64,000 nucleotides of DNA from Candidatus Omnitrophota bacterium (GCA_015232565.1 JADFZK010000001.1:77160-141159); one strand, 5' to 3'. Positions 1 through 9,222 are shown, counted from the stretch's first letter. Program-made: numbers and translations. The notes: generated by a model from the sequence alone, not told the origin.

Positions 1-2
1 CA

Positions 3-542
3 TTTGGCTGTCTGGATCATGCCACAGTAGCGCGGGTTATTGGCGTGCTCGAGCAGGCTCGTTTGGGAAAGAAAAGGATCTTTTTTATTGGTAACGGCGG
101 GAGCGCGTCGACCTGCGGGCATTTTGTTAATGACCTGCATGCGGGCTCACTGCGTCATGGCGGCGGTGGTTTTCGCGCACAGGATCTGACCTGTAATGTC
201 GCATCATTGACGGCGCTGGCCAATGATGTTGGCTACGACAAGGTTTTCTCCTGCCAGCTCGAGGGGGTTTTAGACGCCGGAGATGTAGTGGTCGCTATAT
301 CGGCTAGCGGTAATTCGCCTAATTTGGTTGGGGCGGTTGAATATGCCAGGGCGCAGGGAGCTGTTACCGTAGGGCTTTTGGGGTTCGACGGCGGGTCGTT
401 GGCAAAACTATGCCATCATTGCGTGATCGTTAGTACAGAAAAAGGTGAGTACGGCCCGGTAGAAGATGTTCATATGGTTTTGGATCATTTGATATCATCT
501 TATTTTTGTTTGAGCCGGAATTCCGAGAGAAAGTGTTCATAG
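3..542 (+). CDS. SIS-domain sugar-phosphate isomerase, sedoheptulose-7-phosphate isomerase (GmhA)/DiaA-like. The 5' end is truncated by the window edge, and the reading frame is open back to position 3.
   Basis: The translation reads KKRIFFIGNGGSASTCGHFVNDL ... VVAISASGNSPNLVGAVEYARAQGAVTVGLLG, the typical single SIS fold of GmhA-type isomerases. There is no CBS domain, so it is not KpsF/GutQ type. There is no in-frame stop between position 3 and the GTG at 45. Confidence 0.6.
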   Translation, partial: FGCLDHATVARVIGVLEQARLGKKRIFFIGNGGSASTCGHFVNDLHAGSLRHGGGGFRAQDLTCNVASLTALANDVGYDKVFSCQLEGVLDAGDVVVAISASGNSPNLVGAVEYARAQGAVTVGLLGFDGGSLAKLCHHCVIVSTEKGEYGPVEDVHMVLDHLISSYFCLSRNSERKCS

Positions 543-598
543 TGTGACATTCATCTTTTTTGGGTGGATTCTTTTGCCACTGGGAATGGTCAGCAGGT

Positions 599-1351
599 AT
601 GCGTAAAAAGGATTTATTAAGATATTTGGAGCTTGCTAAGACCGCCGCTACGCAGGCCGGCATTTTTTTGTGCTCACACCAGTCTGCCTCGCAGGTTATT
701 GATAAGAATATGGCACACGACCTGAAATTGCGAGCGGATAAGGATTCGGAGACCTTGTTGATCAGGTTGTTACAGAATGGTGCCGATTTTCCAATATTAT
801 CAGAAGAATGTGGGGCTATAGGCGGGTTGACCGACGGTCTGCGCTGGATCGTGGACCCGTTGGACGGGACGATCAATTATTCCAGGAAGGTCCCGCTGTC
901 TTGCGTATCTGTTGGCTTGCGTGATGGGGCCCGGTCGGTTCTGGGCGTTATCTACGATTTTAATCGGAAAGAGTTGTTTTCCGGGATCGTCGGTCAGGGC
1001 GCCTGGCTTAATGGTAATAAAATCTCGGTCAGCCGGGTGCCCAGGAAACGCGACGCTATCCTGGCTACAGGGTTTCCGGGTAAGACGGATCTTTCGGGAA
1101 AGAGCATTGAAAGTTTTGCGCGCAATGTCCGCGTCTACAAGAAGCCGCGCTTGATCGGATCGGCGGCTCTTTCCATGGCTTATGTCGCCGCCGGGCGTTT
1201 TGACGCTTATGACGAGAAAGACATTATGCTTTGGGATATTGCGGCCGGGGCGGCCATTGTTGAAGCGGCCGGCGGTAAGGTAAAGATTAAACAGGCCGGA
1301 CATGAGTATAGTTATCATGTCCAGGCGTGCAATGGCATATTCAGGATGTGA
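599..1351 (+). CDS. Inositol-monophosphatase-family phosphatase (IMPase/SuhB/CysQ-like sugar- or nucleotide-phosphate phosphatase).
   Basis: It has the motifs WIVDPLDGTINY and LWDIAAGAAIVEAAGG, the IMPase family metal-binding and C-terminal signatures. The ATG at 599 (MRKKDLL) is chosen over the upstream alternative-start ORF. Confidence 0.7.
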   Translation: MRKKDLLRYLELAKTAATQAGIFLCSHQSASQVIDKNMAHDLKLRADKDSETLLIRLLQNGADFPILSEECGAIGGLTDGLRWIVDPLDGTINYSRKVPLSCVSVGLRDGARSVLGVIYDFNRKELFSGIVGQGAWLNGNKISVSRVPRKRDAILATGFPGKTDLSGKSIESFARNVRVYKKPRLIGSAALSMAYVAAGRFDAYDEKDIMLWDIAAGAAIVEAAGGKVKIKQAGHEYSYHVQACNGIFRM

Positions 1352-1353
1352 TA

Positions 1354-2271
1354 ATGGGTCATCATATTTACATAGCCAGTTCAACATTCTCTGAAGTTCC
1401 GGCGCAGGTCTTGACCGATAAAGGCTGGTCGCTTTCCTGGAACAGGACAGGTAAAAGGTTGAATTCCAAAGAGCTTGTTGAGCAGGCCCGCGGAGCTGAG
1501 GCGGTTATCGCAGGGCTTGAGGTATACGACCGCGCTGTTCTGGAAGCGCTCCCGCAATTGCGTTGTATCAGCCGTTGCGGTGTGGGAATGGACAATGTCG
1601 ATCTTAAATTCGCTCGGGAAAAGGGCATTACTGTTTTTAATACGCCGGATGTTGTTATTCAGCCGGTTGCCGAATTGACCTTGGCCATGATCTTTGATCT
1701 TTTGCGTAAAGTGACCTTTCAAACCGTTATGATGCGTCAGAATGTGTGGGAGCGTCAGAGCGGTTTTGAGCTTAAAGGCCGTAAAGTCGGCATTTTGGGC
1801 CTTGGGCGCATCGGCCGTCGGGTGGCGGAGCTTTTAGTAAGGCTCGAAGCAGATGTTTCGGGGTATGATCTTTATCCTGATGACGATTGGGCTGCTACTG
1901 CGGGGGTCAAGCTGGTGTGTTTTGATGATATATTGACGGGAATGGACGTTATCAGCCTTCATCTTTCCGTGACTAGTGAGAATCCTTTTTGTCTTGGTTC
2001 GGGGGAGTTGTCCCGTATGAGGTCCGGAGTTCTCCTGGTGAATGTTGCCCGGGGGGCATTGGTGGACGAAGAGGCGCTTTATGCGGCCATCGTTTCTGAA
2101 AAGGTTGGCGGTGTTGCGTTGGATGTATATGCGCAGGAGCCCTATGTTGGCCGGTTAACTGAGCTGTCGAATGTTATTATGACACCTCATGTAGGGTCTT
2201 TTACCAGGGAAAGCCGGTTGAATATGGAAACGCAGGCTGTAAGTCATGTTGTGAACTTCTTCAAGACTTAG
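1354..2271 (+). CDS. D-isomer-specific 2-hydroxyacid dehydrogenase (phosphoglycerate/glycerate dehydrogenase-like, NAD-binding).
   Basis: It has a GILGLGRIGRRVAELL Rossmann motif with the catalytic-domain/NAD-domain architecture. The ATG at 1354 overlaps the upstream stop (TGATAATG). Confidence 0.75.
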   Translation: MGHHIYIASSTFSEVPAQVLTDKGWSLSWNRTGKRLNSKELVEQARGAEAVIAGLEVYDRAVLEALPQLRCISRCGVGMDNVDLKFAREKGITVFNTPDVVIQPVAELTLAMIFDLLRKVTFQTVMMRQNVWERQSGFELKGRKVGILGLGRIGRRVAELLVRLEADVSGYDLYPDDDWAATAGVKLVCFDDILTGMDVISLHLSVTSENPFCLGSGELSRMRSGVLLVNVARGALVDEEALYAAIVSEKVGGVALDVYAQEPYVGRLTELSNVIMTPHVGSFTRESRLNMETQAVSHVVNFFKT

Positions 2272-2274
2272 GGG

Positions 2275-3159
2275 GTGTTTGTGCGTAAGACTAAAGGGAT
2301 AATTCTGGCTGGGGGCAAGGCTACGCGTTTGTATCCGATTACAAAAGTTGTTTGCAAGCAATTGTTGCCTGTTTTTGATAAGCCGATGATTTATTATCCT
2401 TTATCTGTTTTGTTGTTGGCGGATATTAGAGACATTCTAATTATTGTTAATCCAGATGACCTGCCTTTGTTTAAAGCTTTGTTAGGAGATGGTTCGGCAT
2501 TGGGGCTTACTATTGAATACGCCGTTCAGCCGGTACCTGCGGGAGTTGCGCAGGCGTTTCTTATCGGGGAAGCTTTTATTGGCCGCGATAATGTTTGTTT
2601 GATCCTGGGGGATAATGTTTTTTACGGCCACGGACTTCAAGCCATTTTACAGAGTGCGAAAGATAGGGCAGGAGCGAGCGTGTTTGCTTATACTGTCCGG
2701 GATCCTGAAAGATACGGAGTCGTGACCTTTGATACTGACGGAGTGGTCAGCAAGATCGAGGAGAAGCCTGATATGCCTGAGTCATCATGGGCGGTAACAG
2801 GGTTGTATTTCTTCGATAATGATGTGGTCGGATTTGCCAAGAAGGTGCGTCCTTCCCTAAGAGGGGAATTGGAGATAACCGATGTTCTCAAATGCTATCT
2901 TGATGAAGGTCGGTTGAATGTGTTTCCTTTTGGCCGGGGATATGCCTGGCTGGATACTGGAACGTATGAGTCCTTGGTGGATGCGGCTGTTTTTATTAAG
3001 ACGATCGAGGACCGACAGGGATTCAAGATCGGCTGTATTGAAGAGATCTCTTTTCAGAAGGGTTGGATATCGAAGGAGCAAGTTTTGGCGATTGCGCAGG
3101 GTTACAAAACGTCTTATGCCGATTATCTGCGTAAGATTGCTGGAGGAGCCATCGGATGA
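2275..3159 (+). CDS. rmlA: Glucose-1-phosphate thymidylyltransferase (long form, about 294 aa).
   Basis: It has [50 protein letters not shown], the canonical RmlA N-terminus. The length also matches RmlA. An AGGGGGTG ribosome-binding site lies upstream. Confidence 0.8.
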   Translation: MFVRKTKGIILAGGKATRLYPITKVVCKQLLPVFDKPMIYYPLSVLLLADIRDILIIVNPDDLPLFKALLGDGSALGLTIEYAVQPVPAGVAQAFLIGEAFIGRDNVCLILGDNVFYGHGLQAILQSAKDRAGASVFAYTVRDPERYGVVTFDTDGVVSKIEEKPDMPESSWAVTGLYFFDNDVVGFAKKVRPSLRGELEITDVLKCYLDEGRLNVFPFGRGYAWLDTGTYESLVDAAVFIKTIEDRQGFKIGCIEEISFQKGWISKEQVLAIAQGYKTSYADYLRKIAGGAIG

Positions 3160-3980
3160 AAGATCTGGCTTATCAGATCAGGAGAATTATTCTGGAGCAG
3201 TCGTTTCGGGCGGGTGTCGGGCATATAGGTTCGGCCCTGTCTATAGCAGATATCCTGGCTTCTGTTTATGGGGATGTTCTGCGCGCTCGTTCACCTCGGG
3301 ATAAAGAAAGAGATGTGTTTATTCTTTCCAAAGGGCATGCAGCGCTTGCATTGTATGCGGCCTTATATTGCAGGGGGTGGCTTTCGAAGAAGAACCTGGG
3401 TACTTATTGCGGGGATGGCACGTGTTTAGGCGTTCATCCGGAGCACGGGCTACCTGGGATCGAATGCTCTACCGGATCGTTGGGCCAGGGGCTTTCCATG
3501 GGGGTTGGCATGGCACTGGCATTGAAAATGAAACGAAGCAAAGCAAGGGTTTTTATTGTTATAAGTGATGCCGAATATAATGAAGGTTCCCTTTGGGAAG
3601 CCGCCATGTTTGCCGCGCATCATCAATTGTCCAATATTTGCGTTATTGCTGATAATAATGGCCAGCAGGCTTTCGGGTATACTCGAGATGTTTTGAACGT
3701 TGCGCCTGTTGAGAATATATGGAAAGCGTTTGGATGGGGTGTTTATAGTGTCGATGGGCATGACCGCTTAGCTATTACGAGGACGATTAGAAAATCATTG
3801 AAGGTAAAGAACAGTCCGCATGTTATCATCGCTAATACCCAGCTGGGGTATGGTGTTTCTTATATGCAACGGCAAATAAAATGGCATTATTGGCCGATGA
3901 GTGACAAAGAGTACGGGCTGGCCTTGGAGGATATTAAGAAAGTCGGACTGAAGAAGTCACATGGAATAGGACGTGCCTGA
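3156..3980 (+). CDS. Transketolase, N-terminal (TPP-binding) subunit of a split transketolase.
   Basis: It has the motifs [29 protein letters not shown] and [15 protein letters not shown], the transketolase PP-domain signatures. It overlaps rmlA by 4 bp. Confidence 0.8.
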   Translation: MKDLAYQIRRIILEQSFRAGVGHIGSALSIADILASVYGDVLRARSPRDKERDVFILSKGHAALALYAALYCRGWLSKKNLGTYCGDGTCLGVHPEHGLPGIECSTGSLGQGLSMGVGMALALKMKRSKARVFIVISDAEYNEGSLWEAAMFAAHHQLSNICVIADNNGQQAFGYTRDVLNVAPVENIWKAFGWGVYSVDGHDRLAITRTIRKSLKVKNSPHVIIANTQLGYGVSYMQRQIKWHYWPMSDKEYGLALEDIKKVGLKKSHGIGRA

Positions 3981-4908
3981 TATGCGAGACTCGTTTATCA
4001 AGACATTGATTGATTTGGCGCATAAGGACAAGAGGATCGTGCTTTTGACGGCAGATCTTGGGTATACTGTGCTCGAGTCTTTTCGGGATGTTTTCCCCGG
4101 CCGGTTTTTTAATGTGGGGGTGGCCGAGCAGAATATGGTCGGGGTGGCTACCGGGATGGCAATGCAGGGATTGATCCCGTTTGTTTATTCTATCGGTAAT
4201 TTTGCTGCTTTTCGTCCTTTTGAGTTTATTCGTAACGGCCCCGCAGGGCATGGCCTGCCTGTGCGTATTATAGGGGTTGGTGCCGGAGTAGATTATGGCA
4301 CAGCGGGGAAGAGTCACTGGACTTTGGAAGACGTGGGTGTATTGCGGAATTTGCTCGGGTTGCATATTGTTGTTCCGGCCGATCTTTTTCAGGCTCAATC
4401 TGCCTTGAAAAAAACGTGGGATCTTCCTGGGCCGGTCTATTACAGGATAGGGAAAGGCGATAAATCGGCATTGATTCCCGAAGGTTCTTTTGATCTTGGG
4501 AGAATTAATGTGCTTGCCAGAGGAGAAGATGTTCTTTTTGTTTCGATGGGAAGCGCGGTTAAGGAAGTGGTTAATGCGGTAGAGCTTCTTAGGAAAGACG
4601 GCATTTCATGTGGTGTTGCTGCAGTATCGAGTTTTAATCCTTTCCCGAATGCTGATCTGGTGCGCGTGATGGGGAAGGTTCGTTGGGTGGTTACGGTGGA
4701 GGATCATGTGGTTAATACCGGGTTGGGGGGAGCTGTTGCGCAGGCCATGGTATGTGGCTTAAGCAAAGCCCGCTTGCTATCGCTTGGGGTTACTTCGGCT
4801 GATCTTCCTAAGTCCGGGAGCAAAAAGTATCTTTATGAGCAAATGGGGTTGTCTTCCAACAAGATAGCATCGGCGGTCCGTCAGATTTTGAACAGGGAGC
4901 GTGGTTGA
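3973..4908 (+). CDS. Transketolase, C-terminal (Pyr plus C-domain) subunit.
   Basis: It has FFNVGVAEQNMVGVATGMAMQGLIPFVYSIGNFAAF, the transketolase pyrimidine-binding domain. It overlaps the N-subunit gene by 8 bp. Confidence 0.8.
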   Translation: MPDMRDSFIKTLIDLAHKDKRIVLLTADLGYTVLESFRDVFPGRFFNVGVAEQNMVGVATGMAMQGLIPFVYSIGNFAAFRPFEFIRNGPAGHGLPVRIIGVGAGVDYGTAGKSHWTLEDVGVLRNLLGLHIVVPADLFQAQSALKKTWDLPGPVYYRIGKGDKSALIPEGSFDLGRINVLARGEDVLFVSMGSAVKEVVNAVELLRKDGISCGVAAVSSFNPFPNADLVRVMGKVRWVVTVEDHVVNTGLGGAVAQAMVCGLSKARLLSLGVTSADLPKSGSKKYLYEQMGLSSNKIASAVRQILNRERG

Positions 4909-6350
4909 TGGGCCTAAAGGTTCTTTTTGTAATTGAAAAGATAGGTTTGCTGGATGTTATGTCCATTCCGGTCTTGGCGGCGGCAGTTAAACAGCATGGC
5001 CATCAGGTGCGATTGGCGGTTTATAATCAGGGTAAGATGGCGACTCGAGAGTTGTTGAGAACTTTTAAGCCGGATCTTGTCGCGTATTCTTTGACTTCAG
5101 AGGATTCGGGGCGGTATGTGGCGATCAATAGGGAGTTGAAAAAAGAAGAGAAATTCTTCGCAGTTTTCGGGGGGGCTCATCCGACGTTCTTCCCGGAATT
5201 TATACACGAAGACGGAGTTGACGCTATCTGCCTTGGAGAGGGCGATATTGTTTTTCCTGCATTGTTGGAGCGTTTTGGCTCCGAATCAATGTATGAGGTT
5301 GCTAATTTCCATTTCAAGAAGTCAGACGGGACGATACGGAAGAATCCATTATCCAATCTGGTGTCGGATCTCGACGTTTTGCCATTCCCGGACCGGGACA
5401 TTATTTTTCAGCAAAACACCTTTCTGGCGCAGAATCCGGTCAAGGCGTTTTTTGCCGGCCGAGGCTGTCCTTTTCAATGCACGTATTGTTTCAATCATTC
5501 TTATAACGAATTGTATCGCGGCAAGGGCCGGGTTATCAGGAATAAGAGTGTCGGGTACCTTATCAAAGAAATTAAAAGCGTTGCGGAGAGATACCCGGTA
5601 TCTTTTGTTAAATTCCATGACGATGTCTTTGGGTTTAATAAAGATTGGCTGGCTGAATTCACTGCGAGATATCCTCGGGAAATAGCCAAGCCTTTTCTCA
5701 GTTATGTGAATCCTTCTATGGTGACAGATGCGTATTGTCGGTCGTTAAAGGAGGCTGGATGTTTTTCTGTTTGCATGGCGTTTGAAAGCGGGAGCCGGCG
5801 TATCCGCGAAGAAATCCTTCATCGCCGGATGTCGGATCAGCAGATTATTGATGCTGCGGCTTTATGCAAAAGGCACGGCCTGCGGATATACACATTGAAC
5901 ATGATCGGGATTCCGGATGAAAGTGAAGCGGAGATTTGGGAAACGGTTGAGTTGAATCAGAAAGTGGATTCGGATTATGCTGATGCTTCGATCTTTCAAG
6001 CGTATCCTGGAACGTGGATCTCTACTTATTGTCGCGATAAGGGATTGTTGTCGGAGGATAAGGGAGGGTTTAACAGTCAGTTTTCGGGGTCGTCATTAAA
6101 CTTCTCGCAAGAATACAAGGTTAAACTTGAGATCATTCACCGTCTTTTTCCAATGTTGGTTGATTTACCCGGATTAGAAAAGGTTTATCCTTGGCTTGGC
6201 ACAAGTCGTTTTGTGAGGGGTCTTTTTCATTATTTGTACCGTTTTTATTACGGAGTATTCTTGCATCAGCGAATCTACGCGAATTCTATTCCGTTACGGC
6301 TGCAGCTTAAAGCTTTCATGACTCTTTTGTTTTCGAAGGACAGGGCTTAG
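4908..6350 (+). CDS. Cobalamin (B12)-binding radical SAM enzyme (class B).
   Basis: An N-terminal Rossmann-like B12-binding region (LKVLFVIEKIG ... HGHQVRLAVYN) is followed by the CxxxCxxC cluster motif FFAGRGCPFQCTYCFN. The ATG at 4908 overlaps the transketolase stop. Confidence 0.75.
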   Translation: MGLKVLFVIEKIGLLDVMSIPVLAAAVKQHGHQVRLAVYNQGKMATRELLRTFKPDLVAYSLTSEDSGRYVAINRELKKEEKFFAVFGGAHPTFFPEFIHEDGVDAICLGEGDIVFPALLERFGSESMYEVANFHFKKSDGTIRKNPLSNLVSDLDVLPFPDRDIIFQQNTFLAQNPVKAFFAGRGCPFQCTYCFNHSYNELYRGKGRVIRNKSVGYLIKEIKSVAERYPVSFVKFHDDVFGFNKDWLAEFTARYPREIAKPFLSYVNPSMVTDAYCRSLKEAGCFSVCMAFESGSRRIREEILHRRMSDQQIIDAAALCKRHGLRIYTLNMIGIPDESEAEIWETVELNQKVDSDYADASIFQAYPGTWISTYCRDKGLLSEDKGGFNSQFSGSSLNFSQEYKVKLEIIHRLFPMLVDLPGLEKVYPWLGTSRFVRGLFHYLYRFYYGVFLHQRIYANSIPLRLQLKAFMTLLFSKDRA

Positions 6351-6411
6351 GGATGATCCTGTGGATGGTAAATGGGGATTTAGTGGGACAAAAGAAGGGG
6401 ATATATTTAAT

Positions 6412-7104
6412 ATGCTGATTTCGATTGTTCTGCCGGTCTACAATCAGGCGGATCATATTCAACAAGTGATTGAGGAATATATGTTCTCTCTTAGGAATCT
6501 TACAGTTCCCTATGAGGCGATCTTGGTGGTCAATGGTTCGAAGGACCGGTCAATGGAGGTTTGTCTTGAATTGGCAGAGAAGTATCCTGTTGTCCGCGTT
6601 GTTGAGTCGCCTAAAGCCGGCTGGGGGGCGGCGGTGAGGTTTGGCATTGCCCAGGCAAAAGGGGAGCAGATCTGTTATACGAATACGGCGCGTACTCGAG
6701 GAAAGGATCTTTTGTTGTTTTTGTTGTATGGCATGGCGCATCAGGATACGGTAATTAAAGCGAACCGCAGAATTCGTGATGGGATAAGGCGGCGTATTGG
6801 GTCGCTGTTTTATAATCTTGAGGGACGGATGCTTTTTGATCTGTATAATTGGGATATTAATGGTACTCCCAAGGTTTTTCAGCGTCGTTGGACAGCGTTG
6901 CTGGAGATGAAGTCGGAAGATGATCTTATTGATTTGGAATTTTGCGTTTGCTGCAGGGAGAATGATCTGATGGTTTTGGAAGTACCGATCTTTTCAACCA
7001 GCCGCAAGAGCGGGCGGTCAACGACAGGTTTATTTTCAGCTTTAAAGTTGTATTGGGGCGCTTACAAACTATGGAAGTCGCGGTATGGTAAAAGGGATGT
7101 GTGA
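6412..7104 (+). CDS. Glycosyltransferase family 2.
   Basis: It has MLISIVLPVYNQADHIQQVIEEY, a GT2 N-terminus. An AAGGGGAT ribosome-binding site lies about 10 nt upstream of the ATG at 6412. Confidence 0.65.
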   Translation: MLISIVLPVYNQADHIQQVIEEYMFSLRNLTVPYEAILVVNGSKDRSMEVCLELAEKYPVVRVVESPKAGWGAAVRFGIAQAKGEQICYTNTARTRGKDLLLFLLYGMAHQDTVIKANRRIRDGIRRRIGSLFYNLEGRMLFDLYNWDINGTPKVFQRRWTALLEMKSEDDLIDLEFCVCCRENDLMVLEVPIFSTSRKSGRSTTGLFSALKLYWGAYKLWKSRYGKRDV

Positions 7105-8291
7105 TGATAAGTTCGTCAGGAAATGATCAAGTGTGGCGTAATCCGTTGCGAGTGGTGAATCAATTGGCGGATAGCTCTTTGATGGTTACTAAGAATCAGT
7201 TACAGCATAAAGTTGATGATGGATTCTGGGAGGCATTGGCCGCTACCGGGCTTTCCTTACTGGTTAGCCGGGAGTACGAACATTTCCTGTTGTGCCTGGG
7301 GTGCGGGAATAAAGGTCCAGATATTTCTTATATGTGCTTGCCTCATCCTTCGGGGATAGCGGTGGATAAGGAGCGTAGGTGTGTTTATGTGGCGAGTACG
7401 CGCAATCCGAATTTGGTTTATGAACTTGCGGCTTCAGCGGGCCTCCAGTCTCGGGCCGACCTCGGCCGTTTTGGGAAGAGGGCCGTTGAATTGGAAGGGT
7501 GCCTTATTCCTTGGCGGATATTTGTATATCCTGGAAGCTTGTATATTCATGATTTGGCATTGATTAAAGGGCGCTTGTTTGCGAACGCGGTGGCGCATAA
7601 TGCCGTGGTTCGTCTTGATGAGTCGGGGGGCGTGGAATATGCGTGGTGGCCGCGCTCGATGCAGCAAGGGAAGGGGCCTTGTACGGACCAGAACTTCCTG
7701 CAACTAAATTCTATTGCTGCGGGGCGGGATCTGGAGAGCTCGTTTTTTTCTGCTTCTTGTTCCGAGAAGGCAAAGTATCGTCCAGGTCATCGGTATTTTC
7801 GGGTCGATGGCGAGGGGGTTATATTCTCAGGAAGATCGGGAGATCCGGTATGCCGGGGATTGACTCGCCCGCATTCGGCTAGAATTCATCAGGGAAAGGT
7901 CTGGGTTGATAATAGTGGCTATGGACAGGTTGGTTTTGTTGATAAGGGAAGACTGAATGTGGTTGCCGCTCTGCCTGGATGGACTCGGGGATTGTTTTTT
8001 TGTGGGAATACGCTTTTTGTTGGTGTTTCACGTGTGTTGCCAAAATTCAGGCAGTACGCTCCGGGTTTGGATGTAAAAAAGAGCTTTTGCGGTATTTATG
8101 CTATTGATATTAATTCTGGTAAAACGATCGGCCGGCTTATTTGGCAAGAAGGGGATCAGATATTCGCGGTTGAAGGTTTGCCGCGGGAAATGGGGCGGGG
8201 GTTAATGTGTCCGGCCGGCCGGCCTTTGATGAACGAAGACGGCATAGGGAAGGCTTTTTACGGGTTCAATAAAACAACATGGAGAGGGTAG
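7101..8291 (+). CDS. Conserved hypothetical protein (396 aa, soluble, no motif recognised).
   Basis: It is a long uninterrupted ORF, translationally coupled to its neighbours by ATGA overlaps at both ends. Confidence 0.4.
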   Translation: MMISSSGNDQVWRNPLRVVNQLADSSLMVTKNQLQHKVDDGFWEALAATGLSLLVSREYEHFLLCLGCGNKGPDISYMCLPHPSGIAVDKERRCVYVASTRNPNLVYELAASAGLQSRADLGRFGKRAVELEGCLIPWRIFVYPGSLYIHDLALIKGRLFANAVAHNAVVRLDESGGVEYAWWPRSMQQGKGPCTDQNFLQLNSIAAGRDLESSFFSASCSEKAKYRPGHRYFRVDGEGVIFSGRSGDPVCRGLTRPHSARIHQGKVWVDNSGYGQVGFVDKGRLNVVAALPGWTRGLFFCGNTLFVGVSRVLPKFRQYAPGLDVKKSFCGIYAIDINSGKTIGRLIWQEGDQIFAVEGLPREMGRGLMCPAGRPLMNEDGIGKAFYGFNKTTWRG

Positions 8292-8295
8292 AAAG

Positions 8296-9222
8296 ATGGG
8301 AAAAGAATTCAAGTTGTTAATGCTTGGGGCAATGTATGAAAATGGCGGTAATACCACTCATCGTTTTCTTGATGGACATCCGCAGATGTGTGTTTATCCC
8401 TTTGAGTCCCAATTGGGATCCAGACTGGTGGTTGATCAAATGTCAACGCTATTTCCCCAGAAATATCGCTGGCCGGTTTTTCCTCTTGATGGCACGGCCT
8501 ACGGCGATTACAAGCTTATTATTGATGAGGAAGGGAAGGTGCGTTCGCGTACGCCTCAGGTTAGTAAATTCAGGCATGAGCCGTTTGATATGTCAGATGA
8601 TGAGCGTTGTGAAATCTATCAGAAATATATTGCGCGTCTTGGGCGGTCCCGGGCGCATAATATTGAAGCGTTCTTTAGAAGCACTTTTGATGCCTGGAAA
8701 GATTTCAACCGGACAGGCAGTGAGCAGTTTTATGTTGGATATTCTCCTGTTCTGGTTGTTGATGCGGACAAGATCCTTAATGATGTCCCTGGGGCTCATT
8801 TTCTTCATGTTGTGCGCAATCCATGGGCGGCGTATGCGGACACTAAGAAACGTCCGGTGCCTTTGTCGTTGGAGAATTATATGTTCTGTTGGAATATCAA
8901 CCAGTATTTTGCCTTGTTATGGAAAAAGAAATTCCCGGCCCGTTTTCATTTGATCAGGATCGAGGATGTTTTGGCTGGACCGCAAAAGACTTTGGGTGCG
9001 TTATGTCGCAAGCTTGGGTTAAAGACCAGCGAGACGCTCGGACGAGTAAGCTGGAACGGAAAAGTCTTAGAGGAAGTGTATCCATGGGGGACCATCCGTA
9101 AGCCTACAGCCGAGGCTAATCTCAAGACCGCTCAGGAGCTTTCTAAAGCTGAGATCCGCGAGATTGGCGAAAGGACTTGGCAGTATCTGGATGTGTTTGG
9201 GTATAAGGATTTTCTTAAATGA
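8296..9222 (+). CDS. Sulfotransferase-family protein (putative PAPS-dependent glycan sulfotransferase).
   Basis: FLHVVRNPWAAYADTKK resembles the 3'-phosphate-binding RDPRD...S motif of bacterial sulfotransferases. LLMLGAMYENGGNTT is a degenerate 5'-PSB-like loop. Confidence 0.45.
   Translation: MGKEFKLLMLGAMYENGGNTTHRFLDGHPQMCVYPFESQLGSRLVVDQMSTLFPQKYRWPVFPLDGTAYGDYKLIIDEEGKVRSRTPQVSKFRHEPFDMSDDERCEIYQKYIARLGRSRAHNIEAFFRSTFDAWKDFNRTGSEQFYVGYSPVLVVDADKILNDVPGAHFLHVVRNPWAAYADTKKRPVPLSLENYMFCWNINQYFALLWKKKFPARFHLIRIEDVLAGPQKTLGALCRKLGLKTSETLGRVSWNGKVLEEVYPWGTIRKPTAEANLKTAQELSKAEIREIGERTWQYLDVFGYKDFLK

Noticed and set aside
3-542. I considered KpsF/GutQ arabinose-5-phosphate isomerase (Kdo pathway) as the identity of the SIS protein.
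   Set aside because: The ORF ends about 180 aa after the SIS core with no tandem CBS domains, so a GmhA/DiaA-type single-domain SIS protein is more consistent.
8324-8953. I considered the 209-aa alternative-frame ORF overlapping the sulfotransferase-like gene, and many similar antisense or overlapping ORFs on the track (e.g. 430-876, 800-1387, 23542-24258, 54129-56420 minus).
   Set aside because: They are fully embedded in longer ORFs that carry recognisable domain motifs. They have skewed composition (Arg/Ser/Cys/Pro-rich) and no ribosome-binding sites, so they are frame-shadow artefacts.
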